A stretch of DNA of 64,000 nt, taken from NCBI GenBank assembly GCA_964548175.1, contig CAZJQS010000015.1, forward strand, positions 920 to 64,919, in the 5' to 3' direction. A program made the translations under genes and the position numbers. Numbering within the stretch: position 1 is the first letter of the stretch; the number at the start of each line of letters is the position of its first letter. Below are positions 1 through 9,365 of this stretch, one piece after another. A model generated the notes under the pieces. It was not told where the DNA came from. It worked only from the letters and a program-made list of their open reading frames with translations, and ran no database searches. The stretch is from an uncultured Saprospiraceae bacterium. Its GTDB lineage: Bacteria; Bacteroidota; Bacteroidia; Chitinophagales; Saprospiraceae.

Positions 1-409
1 CCAACCAACCCAATATCCCGCCAAGACTGACCACAACGGCAGCTGCCGTCCAGCCGCTCGTACTTATCCGGGAAAGATCAGCCGGCGTTATCCGCAAACG
101 ACTAAACAACAGATAAACCGCAAACAAATACCACCAGCCCAGCACCCCGCCTATGCTTTCGACCAACGCACCACCCAAAGCGCCGATACTTCCCAATATC
201 ACCATAGCCGCTACGCCCCAATCCAACGCATCAAAACGCCGGCAACGCCATGGTATTTTTCCCAAAACCACCAATACCACCGCTACTAGAAACACCACTT
301 CGGACAACTGCAACTTGAAACCCGTCAATGGAAAGCGCCACCATTTGGAAAAGGCGAGAGAGACCAGGTACAGGAAGAAAATATATAAGGTACGTTTATA
401 AGGTGACAT
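1..409 (-). CDS. Partial CDS (N-terminal ~136 codons, runs off the window start): polytopic membrane protein, O-antigen-ligase/polymerase-like
   Basis: Absent from the supplied ORF track because it is open-ended. Minus-strand ATG at 409-407 reads MSPYKRTLYIFFLYLVSLAFSKWWRFPLTGFKLQLSEVVFLVAVVLVVLGK... and stays open to position 1. It overlaps the stop of the upstream gene by 14 nt. The N-terminus resembles that of the 2975-4273 protein (GTKVQLAELFFLLLAGVVLV). Confidence 0.5.
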   Translation of the reverse strand, partial: MSPYKRTLYIFFLYLVSLAFSKWWRFPLTGFKLQLSEVVFLVAVVLVVLGKIPWRCRRFDALDWGVAAMVILGSIGALGGALVESIGGVLGWWYLFAVYLLFSRLRITPADLSRISTSGWTAAAVVVSLGGILGWL

Positions 410-1976
410 CCGGTTGCTTTAACAAATAAACTGTTTTCCTTTTCATCCCCACCCAACTAAAATAGCCATATTCCTTCACAACCTCCATCTCCTCCAGCTT
501 ACGAAAAGAAAAATGATACCTCGCTACTTCCGGATCAACCCCGAAAAAGCCGTTTTTGGCCAGCCCCGCATCCAGTTCCTTCTGGGAGATGCCTTTCCTG
601 AGGTATTCCTTTCGCCCCTCGTGCACCACCCGGTTCCACGAGAGGTAGTCATGAGTCCCGGCTACGGAAAATGCGGTATACAAAATCATCAGGGTATAAA
701 ACGACCAATGACGGGCTGTTTTACCCACCAAACCCATTTTATACAGCCAAATAATGGCCAAAACCAGAATCAGCAGCAAGTGACGATCAAAAAAAGAAAA
801 GACGCTCATCGCCCCAAAATAGAAGGCCAACAAGAGCAGCAAAAACAAATTTCCTGGCGACGCCCATTTTTTCCATAAAAAATGAACCAGCAAAACCAGC
901 AACATACTACCATTCAGCTGTGACCACAACCCCAAAATGAACATCACCGCTTTCGGCAACTGATCGGGCGGCGGAAGACCCAGCTCTTTCGTATCGTACA
1001 ACAATAAAGGCCCCAGCCCCCAGTTGTAAAAAATATTTCCCCCAAACGGAAAAACGCGCCCCAGCCACCACCATCCTCCAACAGCAATCAATACATTAAC
1101 AACTACTAAAGCCAGGAACCTTACCTTCGACTTTCTCTTAAAAAAAGTTTTAGTGATCCCCCACCCCACCGGCAGCAGGAAAAACCCTATATAATAAACA
1201 GCCATCAAAAAGCGGGTGCCTACATCAAATAGAAATTCACCCGGCTGCCGAACGAGCTTCAGGAAATACTCCGATTCCACTTTGATGAAGTTTGCTTCCA
1301 AACCAAGGGCGGGTTTTACCCACCAATCGATCAGGAAGTAGTTCGCCAACGCCAGCAAAACAAAGCCTGCGGAGGACAACCACTGTCGATTCGACTGCCT
1401 GTTGGTCCACCACCAGCTCAGTTCAAAAGCCAGGATCAGGAACAGACCCGGCTGTCGTATCCACACTGCCAGCAAGGCCGCCAGAGCACCCAGCAAGCGG
1501 AAAGTTTGGTTGTTAGTTTGTAAAAAACGCATATATCCCCAGATGCTGATCAGGCAGAACGTTAAAAAAGGCACGTCCGTCATGAAAGAGAAGGCCAGCA
1601 CAAAATAAACCGGATTGAACGCCAGCAAAGCCATCCCCTTCCAGGCCGGTTGCTGGGGTGATTCGCGGCGCAAGAGCATATGAAAAAACCAAAGGCCGGC
1701 CACCGCCAGCACCAATGTAGAAACCCTGAGGAGGGAAAAGGAAAAATAGCCGGCTACAGCTACAAACAAATAGCCCCAATAGGCCTGCAAGATCATCGTG
1801 GGAGCGATCTCAGAATTCAGGACAGGGCTGCCGCTGACCCAGAGCGCACGCACCATAAAAGCATAGCGCCAGTCGTCATTAAGCGGAAAATTCCCTTTGG
1901 GCTCCACCAGGATAATGACCAGCATGCCGATCAGCAGGATGAGCCAGGAAATGATAGTTTGTCGAGACAATTTCAT
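396..1976 (-). CDS. GT-C fold membrane glycosyltransferase (family 39 / ArnT-PMT_2-like)
   Basis: About 12 or more hydrophobic spans with an acidic motif in the first loop (FPLNDDWRY). I chose the start at ATG 1976 (MKLSRQTIISWLILL) because it forms an ATGA overlap with the upstream stop (plus strand tcat at 1973-1976). The ORF-track start at 2027 is probably over-extended. Confidence 0.55.
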   Translation of the reverse strand: MKLSRQTIISWLILLIGMLVIILVEPKGNFPLNDDWRYAFMVRALWVSGSPVLNSEIAPTMILQAYWGYLFVAVAGYFSFSLLRVSTLVLAVAGLWFFHMLLRRESPQQPAWKGMALLAFNPVYFVLAFSFMTDVPFLTFCLISIWGYMRFLQTNNQTFRLLGALAALLAVWIRQPGLFLILAFELSWWWTNRQSNRQWLSSAGFVLLALANYFLIDWWVKPALGLEANFIKVESEYFLKLVRQPGEFLFDVGTRFLMAVYYIGFFLLPVGWGITKTFFKRKSKVRFLALVVVNVLIAVGGWWWLGRVFPFGGNIFYNWGLGPLLLYDTKELGLPPPDQLPKAVMFILGLWSQLNGSMLLVLLVHFLWKKWASPGNLFLLLLLAFYFGAMSVFSFFDRHLLLILVLAIIWLYKMGLVGKTARHWSFYTLMILYTAFSVAGTHDYLSWNRVVHEGRKEYLRKGISQKELDAGLAKNGFFGVDPEVARYHFSFRKLEEMEVVKEYGYFSWVGMKRKTVYLLKQPDVTL

Positions 1977-2941
1977 GAGCGGTCGGTTATGCGTTTTTGC
2001 CATACAACTTTCAGCCCTTCCACCCAACGATACCGTCCTTTGCTGATCTGATAATAAGGGACCAACTGAGCGCCGAAAGAACGGAAGAAAGTTTCCACCC
2101 CCGGAAGTATGCTGCCTTCGAAATCAAACTGACGCACCTCTCCCGAAAAGTCCTGCAAGGCTTGCCAGATGAGCAGGGGAACTGCCCCGGAATGGCTGCC
2201 GGGCATCCGGCCACTGGCCAGCAGGTAGGCCGCATGCCGATCGCGAACGATATAGATGCCGGCCTCGTATCGGCCTTCTTCAGAAACAGCCAGGTAAAGC
2301 TGCCGCCAGGAACGGGGCTGAAGCTGCTCGTCTATTTTTTTCAAAAAGTTGAAGCTGTAAGGAACGGTCTTATTCTGCGACTGGAACGTTTGTTGATTGA
2401 GGATAAAAAAGTCAGCCAGACTACCTTCTTTAACGATCCGGTATTGCCTGCCGGCCACGCGAATATGATTGCGCGTGGCGCTTTTAAAGTGTGAAAACAG
2501 CTGTTCGGGCCGGCTCAGGTCGGGAAAAAGATAGGTGTAATAAGTCGTTTGCCTAAAGCCTTTCCAATAGAAGGGCAGCCAGTTGTCTATGCGGGCTGTC
2601 CAGTTTTGTTGGAAGTAAAAAAAGGAGGGCAGTTGTTCGATGAGCGACTGCATGACTCGTTTTTCGAAAGCATATCGTTGAGTGGTGCTTATTTTTTTGG
2701 GATAAAGGAGCAATGGACCCATATAAGGGGTCAGTGTGGGCATGCCGATCCATCTTACTCCCCATCGCCGGTAGTGGTGATAAGGCATAATGCCTTCTAT
2801 GGCGCCGTTAGCGTCTTGCACCAGGGCGACATCCCAGTTTTCCGGACCGCAAACGGCGTCCAGCCACCAGGGGTAGAAGAAGAGGGGCAGCTTGGTATAG
2901 GCGGCGGCCCATTCGTGATAGTGGTTTTTGTTTTTGTTCAT
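1973..2941 (-). CDS. FemAB-like / GNAT acyl- or aminoacyl-transferase (Acetyltransf_6-type)
   Basis: 322 aa and soluble. C-terminal half pattern: ATRNHIRVAGRQYRIVKEG...LYLAVSEEGRYEAGIYIVRDRHAAYLLASG...LLIWQALQDFSGEVRQFDFEGS, typical of FemAB-like GNAT proteins found in glycan loci. Confidence 0.5.
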   Translation of the reverse strand: MNKNKNHYHEWAAAYTKLPLFFYPWWLDAVCGPENWDVALVQDANGAIEGIMPYHHYRRWGVRWIGMPTLTPYMGPLLLYPKKISTTQRYAFEKRVMQSLIEQLPSFFYFQQNWTARIDNWLPFYWKGFRQTTYYTYLFPDLSRPEQLFSHFKSATRNHIRVAGRQYRIVKEGSLADFFILNQQTFQSQNKTVPYSFNFLKKIDEQLQPRSWRQLYLAVSEEGRYEAGIYIVRDRHAAYLLASGRMPGSHSGAVPLLIWQALQDFSGEVRQFDFEGSILPGVETFFRSFGAQLVPYYQISKGRYRWVEGLKVVWQKRITDRS

Positions 2942-2974
2942 GTGTTTTGGGGGTTGTATGTTACCACGGGGCGG

Positions 2975-4273
2975 CTACTTCCCGTTGTTTTCTGTGGGCT
3001 TGCGCTGTCCCCCGGTAGGCCATCCGATCATGCCGATACAAATCCACAGATGCCGGAAGTTAAGGACATCTGTGGTAAATGTTTGAATAGTAATGAACAA
3101 AAAATAGAAGGCCAGTGCTTTGTAGACAATCAAATGCGGATGAACGCTCAGTCGCTTCTTTACTTTCACAAAGATCATCCACATCAAAGCCAAAAGTGCT
3201 AAAAAGCCCAGGCTTCCCATCTCGGCTAAGGTTCCGCCCAATGTAGAATGTGGATCGTAAACTGGAACATCAGCCGGATAATGGCCGGCAGCTTGCTCTT
3301 TTTTCAAATAAAGATTAAAATTTCCAGGCCCCACGCCCACTACAGGATGAGTTAAATAAGCTTTTACGTTCATCTGTTTCAGGCGAAATAAGGTCGTTTC
3401 AAAAATTTGAAGATGTTCATTCTCCAGAAGCACCTTTCCCGTAAGATAACTTTGCCTGGATAAGGTATCCCTTAAAGTCTCCGAAATCTTAGGCTGAACC
3501 AGGAAGTGAGATAAAAACACAAAAATAAAAGAAGCGGTAATGACTATTCCTCTGGCGCCCCAAAGCAGGAATCTATGTCTTACTCTTAAATAAATAAGCG
3601 ATAGCAATACCCCAAAAGGAAGAATTACGACAAGAGATTTCGAAAACGTCAATATCAATCCCACTAAAATTAAACCCGAATATCTGAAACGCTTAGTGGG
3701 TATTTCCTCCGCCAAAGCTAAAAACCAACACAAGGTCAACAAATCTGCTAACAAATTTGTACTTGGCATCCACCCCTGAACCCTTGGAAAATATCCCAGC
3801 GGAGCAATAAGCTTTAGTTCCACCTGCCCCTCTACAATAGAAGGATACCTGAGATAAAGTATTGCAATAACAATATTTGAAAGCGACAGCAACAGTCCTA
3901 GTTGGATAAAACTTCTTTGACAAAAAGGGATAAAGTCTTCCGTTGTAAAAAACAACATCCCCACCAACAAACTACTCCCAACTAAATACCACAAGCCAAT
4001 ATGCTCTAAAACAGCAGTCCGGGTCGGATGCACCAGCACCGCCAGAAAAGCAACCAATAAAAAACCAACCACTGTTTTCCCAAAATCAGAAAAGAACGCC
4101 TTTTGCAAAGGCGCCCAGCTTTCTTTTCCATATTCCACCAACACCACCCCTGCCAGCAGCAAAAAGAACAGTTCGGCCAACTGCACCTTCGTCCCCACCA
4201 CCGGCCAGTCAAAAAGATAGATGAACCCCAGCGAAAAAACCCAAGCCCGAAATAACAGTTTAACCATATGCAT
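2975..4273 (-). CDS. O-antigen ligase / polymerase family membrane protein (Wzy_C-like)
   Basis: 432 aa with about 10-12 TM segments and one larger loop, in a glycan-locus context. Confidence 0.55.
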   Translation of the reverse strand: MHMVKLLFRAWVFSLGFIYLFDWPVVGTKVQLAELFFLLLAGVVLVEYGKESWAPLQKAFFSDFGKTVVGFLLVAFLAVLVHPTRTAVLEHIGLWYLVGSSLLVGMLFFTTEDFIPFCQRSFIQLGLLLSLSNIVIAILYLRYPSIVEGQVELKLIAPLGYFPRVQGWMPSTNLLADLLTLCWFLALAEEIPTKRFRYSGLILVGLILTFSKSLVVILPFGVLLSLIYLRVRHRFLLWGARGIVITASFIFVFLSHFLVQPKISETLRDTLSRQSYLTGKVLLENEHLQIFETTLFRLKQMNVKAYLTHPVVGVGPGNFNLYLKKEQAAGHYPADVPVYDPHSTLGGTLAEMGSLGFLALLALMWMIFVKVKKRLSVHPHLIVYKALAFYFLFITIQTFTTDVLNFRHLWICIGMIGWPTGGQRKPTENNGK

Positions 4274-4335
4274 TTTCTACCCCATTAAAATTAAATAACA
4301 ACCCCAGCCGCCCCCCTAACCTGGGACGCAAGTCC

Positions 4336-4620
4336 AACCCCAAAAGCTGCAACGCAGCAACACACCATCACCTGGGGCGCCAGCCCCAACCAAAAGCTGC
4401 AACGCAGCGGCACACAATCACCTGGGGCGCCAGCCCCAGCCACCAACCACCAGCCCCAACCAAAAGCTGCAACGCAGCGACACACAATCACCTGGGGCGC
4501 CAGCCCCAGCCACCAACCACCAGCCCCAACCAAAAGCTGCAACGCAGCGGCACACCATCACCTGGGGCGCCAGCCCCAGGCTACCAAGCGCCAGCTCCAG
4601 GCTACCAAGCGCCAGCCCCA
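4336..4620. repeat. Intergenic C-rich tandem array: four 50-nt units (period 50, 70, 70), two 20-nt inserts, two 21-nt units
   Basis: The motif caaaagctgc recurs at 4341, 4391, 4461 and 4531. Unit sequence: aacc(cc)aaaagctgcaacgcagcRRcacacMatcacctggggcgccagcccc. The insert agccaccaaccaccagcccc occurs twice, and the tail aggctaccaagcgccagc(t/c)cc occurs twice. Each unit holds two mini-hairpins (gctgc-aac-gcagc and tggggc-gcca-gcccca). Confidence 0.9.
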
Positions 4621-4625
4621 GGGCG

Positions 4626-5891
4626 CTACCCCCAGGCACCCAGCCGCATCCCTCCATACGTCCACCCAAGATAAACCAAACTAAACAAAACCGTATTACC
4701 CACATAAGCGATAACCAGCCACTCAGCAGAATACTCCATATGGTATAACCAAACGAAAAATGCGAATAAGAAAATGGCCCTCATCAAATGCACCCACAAA
4801 ATAATCTGCTGTCGGTTAATCCTATTCAAAGTATGGAAACACAACGCATTCCAAAAATACGCCGGCGCCAGCCAGCTCAAAGCCGGAACCAGCGCCGCCG
4901 CCGCTGCCCATTCAGACCCCAGCACCCACAGCAAAACCGGTCCGCCCAAAAGCGCCATGCCCAACCCGATACTCAAACCTACCAGGCTGATCAAAGCCAG
5001 GCTGCGAAGAAAAAAAAGAACAAACCCCTCTTTATCCACCTCCTTCCTTTTTCCCAAAGCCACCAAATAAGCCTGTGCAAAAGCATCCCCCAGGGAAGAC
5101 TGCACCAGGTAAACCAATAACACCCCTATGGAAAACTGACCGGTAAATTCCATCGACAATACAGCTCCGAAAAACAACAAAGGAAAATGGGTATTCAACA
5201 AATCGGCAAAAGTAGAAGGCAAAGTATACAAAGGATAACCCTTAAACTGAACTAGCGTCCGCCTCCAGTTTACCGACCGAAAAGAAGCAAAAAGCGCAAC
5301 CATTTCTTCTTTCATCTGCCGAAATAAAAAAAACAGCACCGCCGACACTCCCCACAATTGGGCACTCACTAAAAGCCACAAGCTGGCTTTCATCCATCCG
5401 CCCGTCAGCTCCATACCAGCTTTGATCCCGGCCATCCAGTATCTGGACAAAGTCAGCGAGCGGCGGTGAGCCAAACGGGTAGCCCAACCCAGAAACGCTT
5501 TCCTACCGCCGGACAACAATAACCCCGGCGCCAGGAGCCATAGGAAAGGCCCCACCGGATGACCGGCCAAAGGGGTTAGCCATACCAGGCCCGTCATCAA
5601 AAGCGCCGCCCCCGAAAGCATCAGCGTTATCCAAAGAGAAGTATTGAAAAGTGCAGCAGCTTCTTTCCTGCTTTGCGCCAGCGGCACAGCAAATTCCAGG
5701 TTGAGCGTTGCAAAAGGCAGTAGCAACATGAGCAAAGCCGAAAAAGTCGCCCTCACCCCAAAATCGGACGGCTCGAACAAGCGGCTGATGATGGGATAAA
5801 CCGCCAACCCGATGAGCTGAGCGCCAAGGCCCGCGCGGCTAAGCTGAAGGAAAAGGGTCCAAAGAGTCGTATTGGGTTCTTTTAGCTGCAT
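4626..5891 (-). CDS. Polysaccharide/oligosaccharide flippase (Wzx-like, MOP superfamily)
   Basis: 421 aa with about 12 TM segments. It sits at the head of the minus-strand glycan operon. Confidence 0.6.
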   Translation of the reverse strand: MQLKEPNTTLWTLFLQLSRAGLGAQLIGLAVYPIISRLFEPSDFGVRATFSALLMLLLPFATLNLEFAVPLAQSRKEAAALFNTSLWITLMLSGAALLMTGLVWLTPLAGHPVGPFLWLLAPGLLLSGGRKAFLGWATRLAHRRSLTLSRYWMAGIKAGMELTGGWMKASLWLLVSAQLWGVSAVLFFLFRQMKEEMVALFASFRSVNWRRTLVQFKGYPLYTLPSTFADLLNTHFPLLFFGAVLSMEFTGQFSIGVLLVYLVQSSLGDAFAQAYLVALGKRKEVDKEGFVLFFLRSLALISLVGLSIGLGMALLGGPVLLWVLGSEWAAAAALVPALSWLAPAYFWNALCFHTLNRINRQQIILWVHLMRAIFLFAFFVWLYHMEYSAEWLVIAYVGNTVLFSLVYLGWTYGGMRLGAWG

Positions 5892-5945
5892 AAATGGAAA
5901 ATGGCATATAGGAGTTGTTTAAAGTTAAGGATGATTTTTATTTTT

Positions 5946-7127
5946 ATGGCTAAATTTATTTTGATGCAAGTCTTGATAATCACTCCCTGGTACCCCAATG
6001 TACGCTTTCCGCTGGAAGGAAGCTTTGTGGAAGCACAGGCCATGGCCCTGGCCAGGGAAGGAATGGACATCAAAGTAGCCTGCCTTCACTTGTCGCCCTA
6101 CGAAATACGCCAACCGCTCTACTGCTGGCACCGCCCCATCCAGACCACTGAAAAAGGAATTCCGCTCATGCGCCTCGAAGGGCCTTTTTTCCCGAAAAGA
6201 AATGCCCTGACTACCCGCCTTTGGGCGCAGTACACTGCTCAAATTCTTTACCGAAGGTCCAAAAAAGAAAGACTGCCCCAACTCCTGCACGCCCATACGC
6301 ACCTGGGGGCCTTGGTGGCTTTTTATCTTCATCAAAAAACGGGAATACCCTATGTGATCACCCTTCATGAAAGTCTTTTTCTAAACAACAAGCTGGAGCC
6401 CTGGCGGAAAAAATTGCTCACACCGGCTTTCGAGCGGGCAGCACAGGTCATGTGCGTATCCAGCGCTCTAGAAAATAGCATCCGGGAGGCTTTTCCGCTT
6501 TCCAGCCCGATCATCACCGTGCCAAATAATATCGACCTGGAACTGTTTTACCCTTCAGAAAAAAGACCTCCTTTTCCTCCCTTTCACTGGGTAGCAGTGG
6601 GTGACCTCAAGCCGATCAAACAACTTGACCTGCTGCTGCGGGCTTTTCGGTTGGTTTCGGAAAAAAAGGAGGGCGTGTTTCAGCTTAACCTTTTCGGGTA
6701 TGGCCCTGAGCAGAAGCGGCTGGAAAAACTATGTGCGGAGCTGGGACTGGAAAAAAGCGTTACCTTCCACGGCTATTTGTCTGCAGCTGCAGTGCCTGAC
6801 GCCCTGCGCAAGGCGCATGCGTTGGTTTTAAGCTCTCGAGTAGAAACGTTCGGCATTGTGCTGGCGGAAGCACTGGCCTGCGGACTGCCGGTCGTCGCCA
6901 CTGATGGCCAGGGACCGAGAGACATTGTAGGGCCGGAGCAGGGCATTCTGGTTGAAGAACATAACCCGGAAAAATTGGCTGCCGGGATGATGCAACTGTT
7001 TGAAAATTATGAAGCATACCGGGCAACCGTTCTTTCCGATTATGTTAAAAAGCACTTTAGCAATGCGGTAGTGGCAAAGGAAATTAAAAGCGTATATAGT
7101 GGGACATCCCGAAATCCCACAGATTAA
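5946..7127 (+). CDS. Glycosyltransferase family 4 (GT-B fold)
   Basis: N-terminus VLIITPWYP. C-terminal EX7E-type region: SSRVETFGIVLAEALACGLPVVATDGQGPRDIV. The start is uncertain (ATG at 5901, 5931, 5946 or 5964). Confidence 0.8.
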   Translation: MAKFILMQVLIITPWYPNVRFPLEGSFVEAQAMALAREGMDIKVACLHLSPYEIRQPLYCWHRPIQTTEKGIPLMRLEGPFFPKRNALTTRLWAQYTAQILYRRSKKERLPQLLHAHTHLGALVAFYLHQKTGIPYVITLHESLFLNNKLEPWRKKLLTPAFERAAQVMCVSSALENSIREAFPLSSPIITVPNNIDLELFYPSEKRPPFPPFHWVAVGDLKPIKQLDLLLRAFRLVSEKKEGVFQLNLFGYGPEQKRLEKLCAELGLEKSVTFHGYLSAAAVPDALRKAHALVLSSRVETFGIVLAEALACGLPVVATDGQGPRDIVGPEQGILVEEHNPEKLAAGMMQLFENYEAYRATVLSDYVKKHFSNAVVAKEIKSVYSGTSRNPTD

Positions 7128-7128
7128 T

Positions 7129-8487
7129 TTATGGCCTTATGTCTTTTCTGACTGTCCATTTTCGCAAAATAGGACAGCCGCTGAACATTTGATCGACGTC
7201 AATGTAAGTGGCGTCAACCTTTTCCTGTATCCATTCGTCTATGTATTCACTTCTTTTCGCTTCAATGGAGGCTTTTTGAATCTTGGCGTAATCCAGGGAA
7301 AGGTCTGCCCGGTGAGGTTCCGTGCGGGATTGCAATTGGACGACCTTGTAATAGGTGTCTCCGTCGGGGCCTCTGAATTCAAAAGGAGTAGAAATGTTAC
7401 CCACCTTCATGGTGTCAATAGCAAAATAAACATCAGGTTCCAGGTCGCCTATCTCGAAGAAGGTGTTGCCTGTGACGGGGTTGACCATACGTCCGTCATT
7501 ATTATAGCTTTGGAAGTTTTCATTGGAAAAACGTTTAACGGCTCTGGAAAAAGACATAGAATCGGTAACGAGCAGTCCGCGAATGGAGTCCAGGTACTCC
7601 TGGGCCAATTCCAGGTCTTTATCTGTGATTTCCGGGCGGATCAGGATATGGCTTACGCGAATGGAATTACCCCTTCTTTCCTGCATCTGAATGATGTGGA
7701 AGCCAAATTCCGTTTCAATGACCGGCGAGATTTCCTCCTTATCCAGTTTGTAGGCGGCTGCTTCGAATTCCTGCACGTACTTGCCGCGTTTGGCCCAGCC
7801 CAGATCACCTCCCAGTCGGGCAGAGCCGTCCTGAGAATATTCCATGGCCATATCGGCGAAAGTCGCCTGCCCGGACACAATGCGTTGGCGAACGCTTTCC
7901 AGCGTATCAATGGCCTTCTGTTTCTCCTCCTCGTTGATCACTGGTTTATAAACGATCTCTCCGATCTCCACCTCAGAGCTGAAGTAGGGAAGGCTATCAC
8001 TAGGGATCTGGCTAAAAAAGCTTTTGACTTCCGAAGGCGTTACCGTAATATTAGCCATGATCTGCGAACGCATCCGTTCGGATAAAAGCTGGTTCTTCAG
8101 GTCTTCCCGGAATTGATCCTTAACTTCGGATACCGACTGCCCGTAGTAAGCCTCAAACTGATTAAGGTCTCCGTTCATGAATTCAAGGATACGGTCGACC
8201 CGGGCATTGAGCTGTACTTCAACCTCTTCATCTGATACCTCAATACTATCCAGCTTAGCCTGATTGACCAGCAATTTGTTGGCCAGCAGTTGATCCATGA
8301 CAGAGCAGCGGGCGTCTTCAGGCAATATGCCGCTTCGGGCCTCCATCAGGGATATCTGTTCCTCAATTTCTGACAACAGCACCAGCTCGCCGCCTACCGT
8401 AGCCACCACTTTGTCTATGATCTTCGTTTGGCTAAATCCCGCCGTGAGTAAAAAAGAAAGGAATAGAGTAATGCTAAAATTTTTCAT
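7129..8487 (-). CDS. surA: Periplasmic chaperone / parvulin PPIase, SurA-like
   Basis: Signal peptide, then a SurA N-domain-like start (IIDKVVATVGGELVLLSEIEEQ). Parvulin motifs: VSHILIR...GGDLGW...FGFHIIQ. Confidence 0.75.
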   Translation of the reverse strand: MKNFSITLFLSFLLTAGFSQTKIIDKVVATVGGELVLLSEIEEQISLMEARSGILPEDARCSVMDQLLANKLLVNQAKLDSIEVSDEEVEVQLNARVDRILEFMNGDLNQFEAYYGQSVSEVKDQFREDLKNQLLSERMRSQIMANITVTPSEVKSFFSQIPSDSLPYFSSEVEIGEIVYKPVINEEEKQKAIDTLESVRQRIVSGQATFADMAMEYSQDGSARLGGDLGWAKRGKYVQEFEAAAYKLDKEEISPVIETEFGFHIIQMQERRGNSIRVSHILIRPEITDKDLELAQEYLDSIRGLLVTDSMSFSRAVKRFSNENFQSYNNDGRMVNPVTGNTFFEIGDLEPDVYFAIDTMKVGNISTPFEFRGPDGDTYYKVVQLQSRTEPHRADLSLDYAKIQKASIEAKRSEYIDEWIQEKVDATYIDVDQMFSGCPILRKWTVRKDIRP

Positions 8488-8504
8488 GATCTTCGTTTTC
8501 TACG

Positions 8505-9362
8505 CTAATAAAATATCTCTACATTTTTTCGGTCCATCGCCATATCCAGCATGTCATTCTTGCGTTCCTCCAGCAGTTTGATCTTTCTGTGATGGAGGAT
8601 TACCTTTCGCGCCTGATCCTGAATAAATCCCAGGGGCGCGATTTCCTTTTTATTCTTCAACTCAAATAACTTAAAAAAGTAAAGAAATTTATCATCTCTC
8701 AGAATGAAATCCCTTTTCGATGAAATGTTGTCCACGTTAAGAATGCCGCTTGGCAGTTCTATGATGATGTCCTCCACGCGCTGCCAGGTACTGTCGACCA
8801 GATGATGTGCCTGGGCGTTAGCGCTGGCGTATTCGACCAGTTTTTCGAAATTATTATCCTGATCGGGATTTTGCCACCAGGAGCGCAGTTCGTTCTCATT
8901 TTCCACCGGCAGTGGAAACTTAATAAAATAACAACGAGCAATAGGCGTTTCGAGTTGATATTGCTCTTTATTTTGTTCGTAAAAATTGATCAGTTCTTCC
9001 TGCGCAATATTGGAATCCAGTAATTTCTGGACCAGTATTTGTTCGTAATTGTGACGGAGCAGGGAGGCTCTGTAGTCCCTCACCAGCTTGTCGATATTCA
9101 GGTCGTTGGGGATGTTGCGTTCCGCTTCATGGAGCAGGATCGCTTCCCGCACCCAGCGATTGGTGTAGGCCTGTATGATCAGGTTGCTGTCTTGCGGCGT
9201 CGTCCCTTCCGGGAACATGCCGTCCAGTTCTGACAGGTACAGGCTTTTGTTGAAGACTGTAGCCAGAAGCCGGTCCTCTTGCTCCACCTGTGGCGGGGTG
9301 CAGGAAGGAAACGCTGCTGTAAAAGCGGTTCCAATGATCAAGAACAATGCTATTCGCTTCAT
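8505..9362 (-). CDS. Lipoprotein, SurA-N-domain-like chaperone without an obvious parvulin catalytic motif
   Basis: Lipobox AAFPSC. Helical chaperone-like sequence (LLATVFNKSLYLSELD...). It lies between two PPIase genes with gaps of 17 and 3 nt. Confidence 0.45.
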   Translation of the reverse strand: MKRIALFLIIGTAFTAAFPSCTPPQVEQEDRLLATVFNKSLYLSELDGMFPEGTTPQDSNLIIQAYTNRWVREAILLHEAERNIPNDLNIDKLVRDYRASLLRHNYEQILVQKLLDSNIAQEELINFYEQNKEQYQLETPIARCYFIKFPLPVENENELRSWWQNPDQDNNFEKLVEYASANAQAHHLVDSTWQRVEDIIIELPSGILNVDNISSKRDFILRDDKFLYFFKLFELKNKKEIAPLGFIQDQARKVILHHRKIKLLEERKNDMLDMAMDRKNVEIFY

Positions 9363-9365
9363 GAT

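Noticed and set aside
153-401. 82-aa plus-strand ORF at the window start
   Set aside because: It is low-complexity (P/T/N/R-rich) and antisense to the open-ended membrane-protein CDS that starts at 409 on the minus strand.
4336-4620. Possible CRISPR array
   Set aside because: There are no unique spacers, because the material between repeats is itself an exact 20-nt repeat. The period is variable (50/70), the repeat is about 50 nt, and there are no cas genes in the window.
4291-4705. ORFs of 83 aa and 95 aa on the minus strand across the tandem array
   Set aside because: They are generated by the repeat itself. The predicted peptides are W/G/C/A-rich repeats such as LAPQVMVCRCVAAFGWGWW with no protein-like character. 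I treat them as non-coding.
7099-8085. 328-aa plus-strand ORF
   Set aside because: It is antisense to surA, whose parvulin and SurA motifs are unambiguous. It has no recognisable motifs.
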